Numbered from the stretch's first letter, positions 10,535-20,650 are shown. The stretch: DNA of 64,000 nt from an uncultured Eubacteriaceae bacterium (GCA_964581565.1 CAZOOZ010000004.1:5693-69692); one strand, 5' to 3'. Notes: generated from the sequence alone by a model not told the origin. Program-made: numbers and translations.

Positions 10535-10754
10535 AAAATTTGAAGATAAAATGAACGAATTGGAAAATATGGTGCTTTTTTTGGAGAGCGGACAAGCCGG
10601 CCTGGAAGAATCCGTTAAAATCATTACAGATGCAAACGCTTTAATTAAAGAAATGGAAAAAGAATTAAATGACACGGAAAATAAATTAAAGATATTAAAT
10701 ATTCAGGCAAACAGCGTAAAAAACATAAACGAGGACGATGACAATGAATTTTGA
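10524..10754 (+). CDS. xseB: exodeoxyribonuclease VII small subunit
   Basis: 76-aa helical protein that overlaps the xseA stop, the conserved xseAB arrangement. Confidence 0.85.
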   Translation: MENKKFEDKMNELENMVLFLESGQAGLEESVKIITDANALIKEMEKELNDTENKLKILNIQANSVKNINEDDDNEF

Positions 10755-11634
10755 AGCAGAATTAAAACAAAGAGCAGAGAAAGTAAATCGAATATTAAAC
10801 AACTATCATCCAACGGGAGATGTTCCGCCTTTGTTAAAAGATGCCATGGAATATTCGTTAAAAGCCGGTGGGAAGAGAATTCGCCCAGTTTTGCTTTTGG
10901 AGACGGTGAATATCTGCAACGGCCCAATTGAGCTTGCCTATCCTATAGCTGCAGCTCTTGAGATGATCCATACGTATTCGCTTATTCATGATGATCTTCC
11001 TGCAATGGATGATGATGAATTAAGAAGAGGAAGGCCTACAAATCACGTAGTGTTTGGTGAAGGTATAGCCATATTGGCCGGGGACGGATTGCTGAATTGT
11101 GCGTTTCAAACAATGCTTGAGAATATACCCTGCAATAGTGAAAAATACTCCTATCCTTATATACGCGCAATGACAGAAATAGTTCAGGCGGCAGGGCATA
11201 ATGGTATGGTTGCAGGACAAGTGATGGATATTATCAGCGAAGGCAAAGAACCAAATAAAGATATGCTGGAATATATTCATAAGCATAAAACAGGTGCATT
11301 GCTTAGAGCTTCTATAAGGGCAGGGGCAATATTAGCTAATTGTGGAGATGAAGATTTGGAGGCCCTGACAAAATACGCGGAGGCGATTGGGCTTGCTTTT
11401 CAGCTGGTAGATGATATTTTAGATATTAAAGGAGACAAGGATAAACTAGGAAAATCTATAGGCAAAGATACAATTACGAAAAAATTGACGTACCCGCTTG
11501 TATATGGACTGGATAATACGTATAGCAAAATACAGGAACTTTATAAAGAAGCATTAAAAAATATTGATAATATCAATGGCGATACGAGTTTTTTCTTGCA
11601 GATGGCAGGTTTTATTTGCAATCGAGACTATTAA
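10738..11634 (+). CDS. ispA: polyprenyl (farnesyl/geranylgeranyl) diphosphate synthase
   Basis: FARM motif LIHDDLPAMDDDELRRG and second DD motif FQLVDDILD. The real start may be ATG 10744. Confidence 0.88.
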   Translation: MTMNFEAELKQRAEKVNRILNNYHPTGDVPPLLKDAMEYSLKAGGKRIRPVLLLETVNICNGPIELAYPIAAALEMIHTYSLIHDDLPAMDDDELRRGRPTNHVVFGEGIAILAGDGLLNCAFQTMLENIPCNSEKYSYPYIRAMTEIVQAAGHNGMVAGQVMDIISEGKEPNKDMLEYIHKHKTGALLRASIRAGAILANCGDEDLEALTKYAEAIGLAFQLVDDILDIKGDKDKLGKSIGKDTITKKLTYPLVYGLDNTYSKIQELYKEALKNIDNINGDTSFFLQMAGFICNRDY

Positions 11635-11732
11635 AATCAAATCTATAATGTTATTGTGTACTTATAGATGCTATGGTATAATTATTCATACTTTTTAAAG
11701 GAAATATTATGTAAATTTATGAGGAAAAATGC

Positions 11733-12536
11733 TTGAGCAAAGTAAGATTAGATTTGCTTTTATATGAAAAAGGATATTATAATAGCAGGGAAAAAGCAAA
11801 AGCTGCAATCATGTCCGGAGAGGTATATATAAATAATATATGTATAGAAAAGGCTGGCACCTTAGTCAAAGAAGATGTAGCAGTTGAAATCAAAGAAAAT
11901 AAAAATCCTTTTGTGGGAAGAGGCGGCTTAAAGCTGAAAAGAGCGCTAGAGATATTTAATATTGATGTTAAAGATAAAATATTTTTAGATGTAGGAGCAT
12001 CTACCGGAGGATTCACGGACTGCCTGCTAAAAAACGGAGCAAAAAAAGTATATGCAATAGATGTAGGATATGGACAGCTGGACTATTCATTAAGGACAGA
12101 CGAACGCGTTGCTGTCTTAGAGCGAACGAATTTCAGATATTTGGATTTCAATAAAATCAATGAAAAAGTTGACGGGTTTGTCATGGATGTATCCTTTATT
12201 TCCATATTAAAACTTATTGATAACTTAAAAAATTTTTTGAAGAATAATTCTTTTGGCATCATATTAATAAAACCACAGTTTGAATCATCAAAGGAGCAAA
12301 TCGAAAAAAAAGGAATTATCAAAAGTGCAACAACGCATCAGAATATATTAAAAAATGTCGCAACTGCTCTTATAGCAAAAGAGTATTTCATTAAAAATAT
12401 AACATATTCGGATGTTAAAGGTGCAAAAGGTAATATTGAATTTTTATTTCATGTCACTTTAAATAAGGATGATAGTATCGGTAATTTGGATAAAAAAATT
12501 GACAACATAGTCTGTTTGGCACATAAAGAATTATAA
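11733..12536 (+). CDS. tlyA: TlyA-family rRNA (cytidine-2'-O)-methyltransferase
   Basis: S4-like N-terminus (RLDLLLYEKGY), FtsJ-type DVGASTGGFTD, and a TTG start after a GAGGA RBS. Confidence 0.88.
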   Translation: MSKVRLDLLLYEKGYYNSREKAKAAIMSGEVYINNICIEKAGTLVKEDVAVEIKENKNPFVGRGGLKLKRALEIFNIDVKDKIFLDVGASTGGFTDCLLKNGAKKVYAIDVGYGQLDYSLRTDERVAVLERTNFRYLDFNKINEKVDGFVMDVSFISILKLIDNLKNFLKNNSFGIILIKPQFESSKEQIEKKGIIKSATTHQNILKNVATALIAKEYFIKNITYSDVKGAKGNIEFLFHVTLNKDDSIGNLDKKIDNIVCLAHKEL

Positions 12537-12552
12537 GAAAAGAAAAGGCAAA

Positions 12553-13374
12553 ATGAAAAAAGTAGGAATAATGTCAAATCCACTTAAGGACATAAACTCA
12601 GAATATACGAAAGATGTCATGTCTTTTTTATTCGGGCGAACAGAAATATATTTAGATGAAAACACGCTCTCTGTTGTGAAGGATGATAATGTAAAATTGC
12701 TCACGTCATCTGTTGCGGATGAATTAGATTTTATCGTCATTTTAGGTGGAGATGGCACCATATTAGATGCGTTCAGAAGCCTGAAATATACAAAAGCACC
12801 TATTTTTGGGATCAATTTGGGAAAGCTGGGATTTTTAACCAGCGTTGAGAAATATGAGTGGAATTATTATTTGAACTTAGCGCTTGAAGGTCTTTACAAT
12901 ATAGAAAAACGATCCCTTTTAGAAATGACACATTCAAAAGGGACAAGTATCGCATTAAATGAGGTTGTTATTTTTAAAGATAATGATCAAGACGGTGCAA
13001 TCAATCTCAATGTATATGTCAACAATATTCTTTTAGCTGACTATGATGCGGATGGAATTATCATATCGACACCTACAGGTTCCACGGCTTATTCTCTATC
13101 GGCGGGAGGGCCTATTATTAGTCCGCAGGCTGAAGTATTGCTTTTAAATCCCATACGGCCGCATACACTTTCTAACAGATCAATCGTACTCGCACCGAAA
13201 GAGAATGTGAACATCATGATAAAAAGAGGCAAAGCGGTTGTGCGTTGTGACGGAAAGAAATGCTTGAATATTACGGATAATTTACTGGAATTTTCCTTAT
13301 TTGAAAAAAAAGCATCGTTCATATCTTTCGATAACCATAATTTTTATAATAAAGTATATACAAGGATTAGATAG
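12553..13374 (+). CDS. nadK: NAD kinase
   Basis: GGDGT motif (ILGGDGTILDA) and STPTGSTAYSLSAGGPI block. Confidence 0.9.
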   Translation: MKKVGIMSNPLKDINSEYTKDVMSFLFGRTEIYLDENTLSVVKDDNVKLLTSSVADELDFIVILGGDGTILDAFRSLKYTKAPIFGINLGKLGFLTSVEKYEWNYYLNLALEGLYNIEKRSLLEMTHSKGTSIALNEVVIFKDNDQDGAINLNVYVNNILLADYDADGIIISTPTGSTAYSLSAGGPIISPQAEVLLLNPIRPHTLSNRSIVLAPKENVNIMIKRGKAVVRCDGKKCLNITDNLLEFSLFEKKASFISFDNHNFYNKVYTRIR

Positions 13375-13386
13375 GGGAAAAGATTT

Positions 13387-13836
13387 ATGAAAGTAAAAAG
13401 ACAAAATAAAATATTAGAAATAATTGAAAATCACCCGATTGAAACGCAGGAAGAATTGGCTGAAAGATTAAAACTGGAAGGCTACGATATCACGCAAGCA
13501 ACAATCAGCAGGGATATCAAAGAAATAAAGTTAATTAAAATGATGGATTCAAACGGAAAATATCGTTATACGAAGTATAAAGATGATTCAATCCCTGTCA
13601 ACGAAAGAATGATGAACGTATTTAAGGAAGCTGTCACATCTATCGATTATTCGGGAAATATCGTAGTTGTAAAAACTTTAAACGGTATGGCGCATGCTGC
13701 GGCCGTTACCGTAGATCTGACCGAATGGTCAGAAATTGTCGGATGTCTGGCGGGAGATGATACGATCTTCATTTTGGTAAAAAATGAAATGGCGGCAGTT
13801 GAATTAGTGAATCATTTAAAGAAATATATTAAATAG
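13387..13836 (+). CDS. argR: arginine repressor
   Basis: 149 aa with a winged-helix N-terminus (TQATISRDIKE) and a C-terminal GCLAGDDTIF oligomerisation/arginine-binding block. Confidence 0.9.
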   Translation: MKVKRQNKILEIIENHPIETQEELAERLKLEGYDITQATISRDIKEIKLIKMMDSNGKYRYTKYKDDSIPVNERMMNVFKEAVTSIDYSGNIVVVKTLNGMAHAAAVTVDLTEWSEIVGCLAGDDTIFILVKNEMAAVELVNHLKKYIK

Positions 13837-13846
13837 GGAAAAATTA

Positions 13847-15529
13847 ATGCTGACTCAACTTAATATTCAAGATTTTGCAATTATTAAAAACGCGATTATT
13901 GAATTTGATAAAGAATTAAATGTGATTACGGGGGAAACCGGAGCAGGAAAATCAATTATTGTAGATGCGCTTTCTTTGGCTTTGGGATACAGGGCAAGCA
14001 AAGAAAGTATTCGGCAAGGTGCCCCAAAAACAACAATTCAAGCCGTTTTTGATATTGAGCAAGGAAGTGCCGCTTTTTTGCTGGCGCAGCAAATGGGCAT
14101 AGATATAGAAGAACAAATTATCTTTACACGTCAAATTTATACAAACGGAAAGAATATTTGCAGAATCAACTCGATGCTGGTAACGGTACAGGAATTAAAA
14201 GCCCTGGGGAGCTTGATAGTTGATATACATGGTCAGCACGAACATCAGTCTTTATTAAATACAAGCACTCATATTGAGTATCTTGATAAATATGATAATA
14301 AAATAACCGGAGCCTTAGAGAATACACGAAACGCATATCATGCATATATTAAAGCCAAAGATGAATTAGATGATCTAAACCAACTTGCAGAAAATATACA
14401 AAAAGAAAAAGAAAAACTGGAATATGACATATCAGTAATTGACTCTGCTCGCTTGAGTGCAGGCGAAGACAAAGAAATAGAAAAAAGAATAGCGCGATTA
14501 AAAAACTATAATCTGATTTATGATAATACTTTAAAAGCTTATGAATTAATTTATAACGATGAACATAGTATACTTGGTCATTTACAGCAAACACTTACTG
14601 CGTTGCATAAAGCTTCGGCAGCTGATGAATCATTACTGGAGCAATATGAAAGTCTTTTAAACATTATTGCCGGTGTGGAAGATGTGTCGGGGTTTTTGAG
14701 GGATTATCTTGAAAAAAGGGATTTTGAAAATGAGAATATCGATGACTTGGAAGGGAGAGCTTATTTAATTGCTCAGTTAAAACGGAAATATCATGTTTTC
14801 TGTATTGATGAATTATTGAATCTAAAGGAATCTATGATAAAAAAATTGGATACAATAATGAATTTGGACAATGAAATTGAAAATAAGTCCAAAGAGGAAG
14901 CGGCTAAAAAGGAACAGTATTTTATTTATGCAAATGAGCTATCCAAAATACGACGACAGATAAAAATAACGTTAGAGAAAGATATCTCAAAGCAGCTTCA
15001 TGATATGTCTATGCCCGAGGCAATCTTTATAGTGGACATCAAAAGAGCTAAAGATACAAAAGAAATCCGAAAAAACGGTTATGATGATGTGGAGTTTTTG
15101 TTTTCATCCAATAAAGGGTTTTCGCCAAGGTCTTTAAGTAAAATTATTTCAGGCGGAGAAATGAGCCGTATTATGTTGGCATTTAAGATACTTATCGCAG
15201 ATAATGATATAACAACGTTGATATTCGATGAAATTGACACTGGAATCAGCGGCAGAACAGCACAAGTGATTGCGCAAAAATTAAAAAAATTAAGCAGCAA
15301 TTATCAAGTAATATTGATTACGCACCTCCCACAAATAGCATCTGTAGCAAACATTCATTTTTCTGCAAAAAAAACAACCGTTGGTCAAAATACAATGACT
15401 GAACTTATAGAATTAAATGTTGACGATAGGGTGCATGAGCTGGCTAAAATGGTAGGCGGAGTAAATATTACACAAGAAACCTTAAACCATGCAAAACAAA
15501 TGCTTCAAATGGCAAATGATTTAGAATAA
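13847..15529 (+). CDS. recN: DNA repair protein RecN
   Basis: 560 aa. SMC-like Walker A GETGAGKS, a long coiled coil, the signature SGGEMSR and Walker B LIFDEIDTG. Confidence 0.95.
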   Translation: MLTQLNIQDFAIIKNAIIEFDKELNVITGETGAGKSIIVDALSLALGYRASKESIRQGAPKTTIQAVFDIEQGSAAFLLAQQMGIDIEEQIIFTRQIYTNGKNICRINSMLVTVQELKALGSLIVDIHGQHEHQSLLNTSTHIEYLDKYDNKITGALENTRNAYHAYIKAKDELDDLNQLAENIQKEKEKLEYDISVIDSARLSAGEDKEIEKRIARLKNYNLIYDNTLKAYELIYNDEHSILGHLQQTLTALHKASAADESLLEQYESLLNIIAGVEDVSGFLRDYLEKRDFENENIDDLEGRAYLIAQLKRKYHVFCIDELLNLKESMIKKLDTIMNLDNEIENKSKEEAAKKEQYFIYANELSKIRRQIKITLEKDISKQLHDMSMPEAIFIVDIKRAKDTKEIRKNGYDDVEFLFSSNKGFSPRSLSKIISGGEMSRIMLAFKILIADNDITTLIFDEIDTGISGRTAQVIAQKLKKLSSNYQVILITHLPQIASVANIHFSAKKTTVGQNTMTELIELNVDDRVHELAKMVGGVNITQETLNHAKQMLQMANDLE

Positions 15530-15625
15530 CAAATATCTTAATTATAAATTTCACTCTTTAATTCATATCTTTATTTGTTATAATATAACAGTGAATTTTT
15601 AGTCAAACGTTTTGTGGAGATTTTA

Positions 15626-17719
15626 ATGAATAAAAATAATAGCAACAGTGTTCGAATTATTATGTTAGGCTTGGTTCTCGGCGGCCTGATAAGCCTGCTA
15701 AGTGATATAATATTATCTTATAAATTTGGGGCAGGAGCTTTTACAGACGCATTTTTTATTGCTCAATCTGTTCCATTTGTTTTATATTTAGCGTTCATTG
15801 TGGCCATTACTGCCGGTGTGGTTGTTTTATATAATGGATTTAAAAAAGATGAACATATCAATAATGTTACAAGTAATATTTTGACCGTTGTTTTCTTGCT
15901 GGCAATATTTGTAATAATTGTCGTTTCCTTAACTATAAAGCCTTTTATCTATCTTTTTGCTGTCGGATTTGATGAAGAAACTTTATCTATAGCTGTTAAT
16001 TTGACAAAAATTATTTTATACTCTCTTATTCCGATTTCCATTATTGGCGTTATAAAAGGATTTCTACAACATAAAAAGAAATTTGCCTCGGTAGCTTTTG
16101 AATCTATACCAATTTATATATGCTTATTTATTGGAATTTTATTAACCAGCACTGAAAAATATAACATTTTAGGCATTTCAGTAGTTGTGGGCTACTGCAT
16201 TACGGCGATTATTATGCTGTTATCTGCTTGCAGAAACGGCATGCGTTATAAACCGGTGCTCAAATTAAAAGACGAAAATATAAAACCTTTACTGGTTTTA
16301 ATTCTCCCGATTTTTGCAAATCTTCTCGGCTATCAAATAAATAATTTTGTTGACAGGACGCTGGCTTCAACGATAGAGACGGGAGCAATCTCATCGTTGT
16401 TTTACTCACAAAAATTATTGATGATATTGATTAGTATTTTGTTTTTTATTATATCTTCTGTGGTTTTTCCGATGCTGGTAAAAAGTTATAATAAAAAACA
16501 AATGCGAGATTTCAAAGAAATTGCGTTGTATTCTTTTAACGGTATTGTGGCCATGATCTTGCCGCTTAGCATATTTCTGATAACATTGGCTAACCCTATT
16601 ATCACAGTTATATTTCAAAGAGGTTCTTTTGATGTTGAAAATACAAAATTAACGGCTGATGTTTTTATGATGTATTCCATTGGAATGCTTCCGCTTGCAT
16701 TAAAACTAATGCTGGATAATATTTTCTATGCTATGAACGATAAAAAAACACCGCTAATTGGGACTGCAATTTTCGTTGCTGCTAATATACTTTTAGATTA
16801 TGTGCTAATGAAACCGTTGCAAACAATGGGTATTGCACTCTCCACATCGATAGCAACAACAACAACGGCAATCGTGATGCTGCTTGTTTTGCGAAATAGA
16901 ATAGGAAAATATTCTTTGAAAACAGTAACAGCGAATATACTAAAAATTATTTTTGCAGGAATTCCGATTAGTTTGGGCGTATTGGTAGCCTTTACTATGA
17001 TTTATTATTCAATGAAAAATTCACTGATGAATATTTTATTATGCCTTCTTATTATGGGTATTGTATTTAAATATTGTTATAAAATTCTATTTAAAATACT
17101 GAAAGTAGATGGACTGAATTATAATAAACTATTTAAAGAAGAGCTCAAAGCCACTTTTTTCAAAAACTATAAAGGTAAATATAAATATGAAGATTTAGAT
17201 TATCAACCAATTTCTATTCCAATTGTCGGATACGAAAATTACTTCCGAATGCCATATAACTATGATTTAGATAAGGCAGAAGAGATGAAAGATATCGAAA
17301 ATGTTTATAATGAACCCGTAGAGATAAGCATTGACAATGACCAAGAAGATATATCAGAACTTCCAAATGAATTTGTGGATCACAAGCATAGCATGCAGCA
17401 TTTTTATAGAAATAAAAAGAGTCTTTTGCCACAATATAAACTTGCTCGATATAGATTGATGAAATATACATTAAAGAACAAATTTATTTCAAACAAATGT
17501 AATAAAACAAATCATAATTTAGATACTAAAATTAGTAAAGAAAATAACATGATCCAGCAAATAATTACGAAAATTTTTAATGGTTTGTTAAAGGTTTTAA
17601 GAGATGCAAAGAATGTGATAAATAAAACTCATAAAAAAATTTATACCGCGAAAACTAAGAAAAAAGTTGAAAAATTCTTATCAATGCCTATTGATGATAA
17701 ATTTGATAATGAAGATTAA
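15626..17719 (+). CDS. murJ: MurJ/MviN-like lipid II flippase with a long C-terminal tail
   Basis: Polytopic MOP-superfamily-like core of about 14 hydrophobic segments, followed by a non-membrane K/N/Y-rich extension of about 200 aa. ATG 15626 follows a GGAG RBS. Confidence 0.75.
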   Translation: MNKNNSNSVRIIMLGLVLGGLISLLSDIILSYKFGAGAFTDAFFIAQSVPFVLYLAFIVAITAGVVVLYNGFKKDEHINNVTSNILTVVFLLAIFVIIVVSLTIKPFIYLFAVGFDEETLSIAVNLTKIILYSLIPISIIGVIKGFLQHKKKFASVAFESIPIYICLFIGILLTSTEKYNILGISVVVGYCITAIIMLLSACRNGMRYKPVLKLKDENIKPLLVLILPIFANLLGYQINNFVDRTLASTIETGAISSLFYSQKLLMILISILFFIISSVVFPMLVKSYNKKQMRDFKEIALYSFNGIVAMILPLSIFLITLANPIITVIFQRGSFDVENTKLTADVFMMYSIGMLPLALKLMLDNIFYAMNDKKTPLIGTAIFVAANILLDYVLMKPLQTMGIALSTSIATTTTAIVMLLVLRNRIGKYSLKTVTANILKIIFAGIPISLGVLVAFTMIYYSMKNSLMNILLCLLIMGIVFKYCYKILFKILKVDGLNYNKLFKEELKATFFKNYKGKYKYEDLDYQPISIPIVGYENYFRMPYNYDLDKAEEMKDIENVYNEPVEISIDNDQEDISELPNEFVDHKHSMQHFYRNKKSLLPQYKLARYRLMKYTLKNKFISNKCNKTNHNLDTKISKENNMIQQIITKIFNGLLKVLRDAKNVINKTHKKIYTAKTKKKVEKFLSMPIDDKFDNED

Positions 17720-17888
17720 ATGCAAACAATAAATCAATATCAAAATTTTAATATTTTTGTCGATTAAAAGCTAACATACAAACATAATGCAATAAAAATA
17801 ACGCATGTATATTGACTTTGTTAAATTTTTGTGTTATTGTTTTACATGGAAAAAACATGAAGAAAAATAATTTTCAAGAGGACGTAAA

Positions 17889-18584
17889 ATGACTCAAATT
17901 AGCAATAATCAAAACATTGAACTTACTATTATAGTAGGGCATTATGGGAGTGGGAAAACAGAATTTTCAGTTAATTATGCCATGTATATGCAAAAGCATG
18001 GTAAAAAAGTTGCAATTGCAGATCTCGACATTATCAATCCTTATTTTCGCACAAGAGAAATAACTGATGAATTAGAAACAGAAGGTATCAGAGTTATCTC
18101 ATCAATTTTGGGCAATAAAGAAAGTCATCCTATGGACTTGCCATCGCTATCCCCGGAGCTCAATATTTTAACACAGACAAACCAATATTTCGGCATCATA
18201 GATGTCGGTGGGAACCCGGTAGGTGCAACGGCATTAGGTCGTTTTTCTGACAGCATAAAGAAAATTAATTATAATATGTATATGGTTGTAAATGCCAACA
18301 GACCAGAAACGAACAGTGTGAAAACTGTAATGGAATTTTTAAATGGGATTGAAGAAAAATCCAAATTAAAAATAAATGGCTTAATCAACAATACGCATTT
18401 GGTGAGAGAAACAACAGTGCAGGATATACTTGATGGTGATAAATTAGTAAGAGAAGTAAGCGAATATGCATCTCTACCTGTAATGTTTTGTTCTTATATT
18501 GAAGATATGGTTAATCTTGACGGATATGACGTAGCTGGGGAAAAATTCCCTATGAAATTGCTTATGAGGCCCGAGTGGCTTTAA
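17889..18584 (+). CDS. P-loop NTPase of unknown function (SIMIBI-like)
   Basis: Walker A GHYGSGKT near the N-terminus, DLDIINPYF, IIDVGG (Walker B-like) and GLINNTH blocks. It lies directly upstream of the OFOR operon. Confidence 0.6.
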   Translation: MTQISNNQNIELTIIVGHYGSGKTEFSVNYAMYMQKHGKKVAIADLDIINPYFRTREITDELETEGIRVISSILGNKESHPMDLPSLSPELNILTQTNQYFGIIDVGGNPVGATALGRFSDSIKKINYNMYMVVNANRPETNSVKTVMEFLNGIEEKSKLKINGLINNTHLVRETTVQDILDGDKLVREVSEYASLPVMFCSYIEDMVNLDGYDVAGEKFPMKLLMRPEWL

Positions 18585-18608
18585 ATAAATAAGAAAGGTG
18601 GCTATAAA

Positions 18609-18821
18609 ATGGCGAAAGGAAAACTCACATTTGATACAGAAAAGTGCAAAGGCTGCGAACTATGTGTAACTTTCTGTCCCAAAAAGATCTTAGCTTTAGG
18701 TAAAGAAACCAACTCGAAAGGATACTTCCCGGTAACAGTAACGAATATGGATGAATGTATAGCATGTGGAACATGTGCTATTATGTGTCCGGATAGTATC
18801 ATTACAGTTGAGAAAGAATAA
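18609..18821 (+). CDS. 2-oxoacid:ferredoxin oxidoreductase delta subunit (2x[4Fe-4S] ferredoxin)
   Basis: 70 aa with two CxxCxxCxxxCP motifs (CKGCELCVTFCP, CIACGTCAIMCP). Confidence 0.85.
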   Translation: MAKGKLTFDTEKCKGCELCVTFCPKKILALGKETNSKGYFPVTVTNMDECIACGTCAIMCPDSIITVEKE

Positions 18822-18841
18822 GTAGGAAGGAGCAAGAAAAA

Positions 18842-19903
18842 ATGGCGAAAAAATTAATGAAAGGTAACGAAGCTATTGCAGCAGCTGCTATTAATGCAGG
18901 GCTTACACATTTCTTTGGTTACCCGATAACACCACAAAGTGAATTAATTGAGTATGTGGCTAGAGAACTTCCAAAAGCTGGTGGATGCTTTCTGCAGGCT
19001 GAAAGTGAAGTAGCCGCAAGTTACATGGTATATGGCGCTGGCGGCACAGGTGCTAGAGTTATGACTTCTACATCTTCTCCAGGACTTGCGCTCAAACAAG
19101 AAGGATTAACATACATGGTAGCTGCTGAAATACCGTGTGTAGTAGTGAATATTATGAGAGGTGGTCCTGGTTTAGGTAATATTCTCCCGCAACAGGGCGA
19201 CTATTTTATGTGCACAAGAGGCGGCGGCAATGGAGATTACTATCATCCGTGTTTTGCACCGGCAAGTGTTCAAGAATGTGCAGACTTAATGACAGAAGCA
19301 TTTGATATTGCTGACGAATACAGAATGCCTGTTTTAGTAATTGGAGATGGTATGACTGGTCAAATGATGGAACCGGTTGAAATCGCGCCGATGAAAAAAT
19401 ATGTAGCGAATAAGCCTTGGGCAGCTGATGGTAATCATGTAAAAAGAGGTTATCACAACAGAATCAATGCAATGTCTTTGCCGGCAGATGATTTAGAAGC
19501 TTTAAATGAAAAAATCCAAGGAAAATTAAAAGATATAGCTGAAAAATATGTAAAATATGAAGCCATCGATATTGAAGATGCTGATCTTGTTTTAGTAGCC
19601 TATGGCACACCAAGCAGAGCATGCAAAAACGTAATTAAAAAAGCAAAAGAAGATGGACTAAAAGTTGGTCTAATCAGACCTATCAGCTTATGGCCATTCC
19701 CGAAAGAAGCATTTGATAAAATTAATCCCAATTGTAAAGCTATATTAGTTGTTGAACAAAGCTGCGGACAAATGATTGAAGATGTTAAATTGTCAGTACT
19801 TGGACGTTTCCCGGTAGAATTTTATGGAAGAACTGGTGGACATCCAATCGTTCCTGATGTTGTATATGAAAAAGTAAAAAAAATATTAGGAGGTGCAAAA
19901 TAA
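18842..19903 (+). CDS. 2-oxoacid:ferredoxin oxidoreductase alpha subunit
   Basis: 353 aa with a POR/KOR alpha-type N-terminus (MKGNEAIAAAAINAG...GYPITPQSE). Substrate cannot be assigned from sequence alone. Confidence 0.9.
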   Translation: MAKKLMKGNEAIAAAAINAGLTHFFGYPITPQSELIEYVARELPKAGGCFLQAESEVAASYMVYGAGGTGARVMTSTSSPGLALKQEGLTYMVAAEIPCVVVNIMRGGPGLGNILPQQGDYFMCTRGGGNGDYYHPCFAPASVQECADLMTEAFDIADEYRMPVLVIGDGMTGQMMEPVEIAPMKKYVANKPWAADGNHVKRGYHNRINAMSLPADDLEALNEKIQGKLKDIAEKYVKYEAIDIEDADLVLVAYGTPSRACKNVIKKAKEDGLKVGLIRPISLWPFPKEAFDKINPNCKAILVVEQSCGQMIEDVKLSVLGRFPVEFYGRTGGHPIVPDVVYEKVKKILGGAK

Positions 19904-20637
19904 TGGCAGTCGTATATAAAAAATCCATAGCATTAACGGATGCACCGTTATCATATTGCCCGGGTTGTACGCATGGGATTATTCATAAACTTGTTGCAGA
20001 AAATTTAGTAGAACTTGGCGTTTATGACAAAACAATAGGCGTTGGCCCGGTTGGTTGTTCTGCTTTGTGTGACTTCTTCTTCTCATGTGACATGTATATT
20101 GCAGCACATGGTAGAGCACCGGCAGTTGCAACAGGTATAAAAAGAACACATCCTGATAAATTTGTTTTCACATATCAAGGTGATGGAGATTTAGCTTCTA
20201 TAGGTACAGCTGAAATAGTTCATGCAGCACATAGAGCGGAAAAAATTTCTACCATCTTTGTCAACAATGCGATTTATGGTATGACAGGTGGACAAATGGC
20301 ACCTACAACATTAGTAGGACAAAAAGCTACCACTGCTCCTGAAGGAAGAAGCGAAGAACATTGTGGCAAACCAATTAGAATAGCTGAAATGATAGCAGAA
20401 ATAGACGGTGCTAAATTTGTTGAACGTGTATCTGTGAATACTCCTGCAAATGTAAGAAAAGCTAAAAAAGCTATAAGACGTGCATTTGAATGTCAACTAG
20501 AAGGCAAAGGTTTTGGTTTGGTTGAAGTATTGTCTACATGTCCTACAAACTGGGGATTCACTCCAGTCGGTGCGTTAAAATGGTTAGAGGAAAATATGAT
20601 TCCGTACTACCCATTAGGCAACTTAAGGGATTTTTAA
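19903..20637 (+). CDS. 2-oxoacid:ferredoxin oxidoreductase beta subunit (TPP-binding)
   Basis: CPGCTHG and GDGD...NNAIYGMTGGQ TPP-binding blocks. The start overlaps the alpha stop. Confidence 0.9.
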   Translation: MAVVYKKSIALTDAPLSYCPGCTHGIIHKLVAENLVELGVYDKTIGVGPVGCSALCDFFFSCDMYIAAHGRAPAVATGIKRTHPDKFVFTYQGDGDLASIGTAEIVHAAHRAEKISTIFVNNAIYGMTGGQMAPTTLVGQKATTAPEGRSEEHCGKPIRIAEMIAEIDGAKFVERVSVNTPANVRKAKKAIRRAFECQLEGKGFGLVEVLSTCPTNWGFTPVGALKWLEENMIPYYPLGNLRDF

Positions 20638-20650
20638 GGAGGGATATGAA

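Noticed and set aside
17889-18584. ParA/MinD-type partition ATPase
   Set aside because: The Walker A is the classical GxxGSGKT without the deviant KGG signature lysine. There is no parB- or minE-like partner, and the gene leads a metabolic operon.
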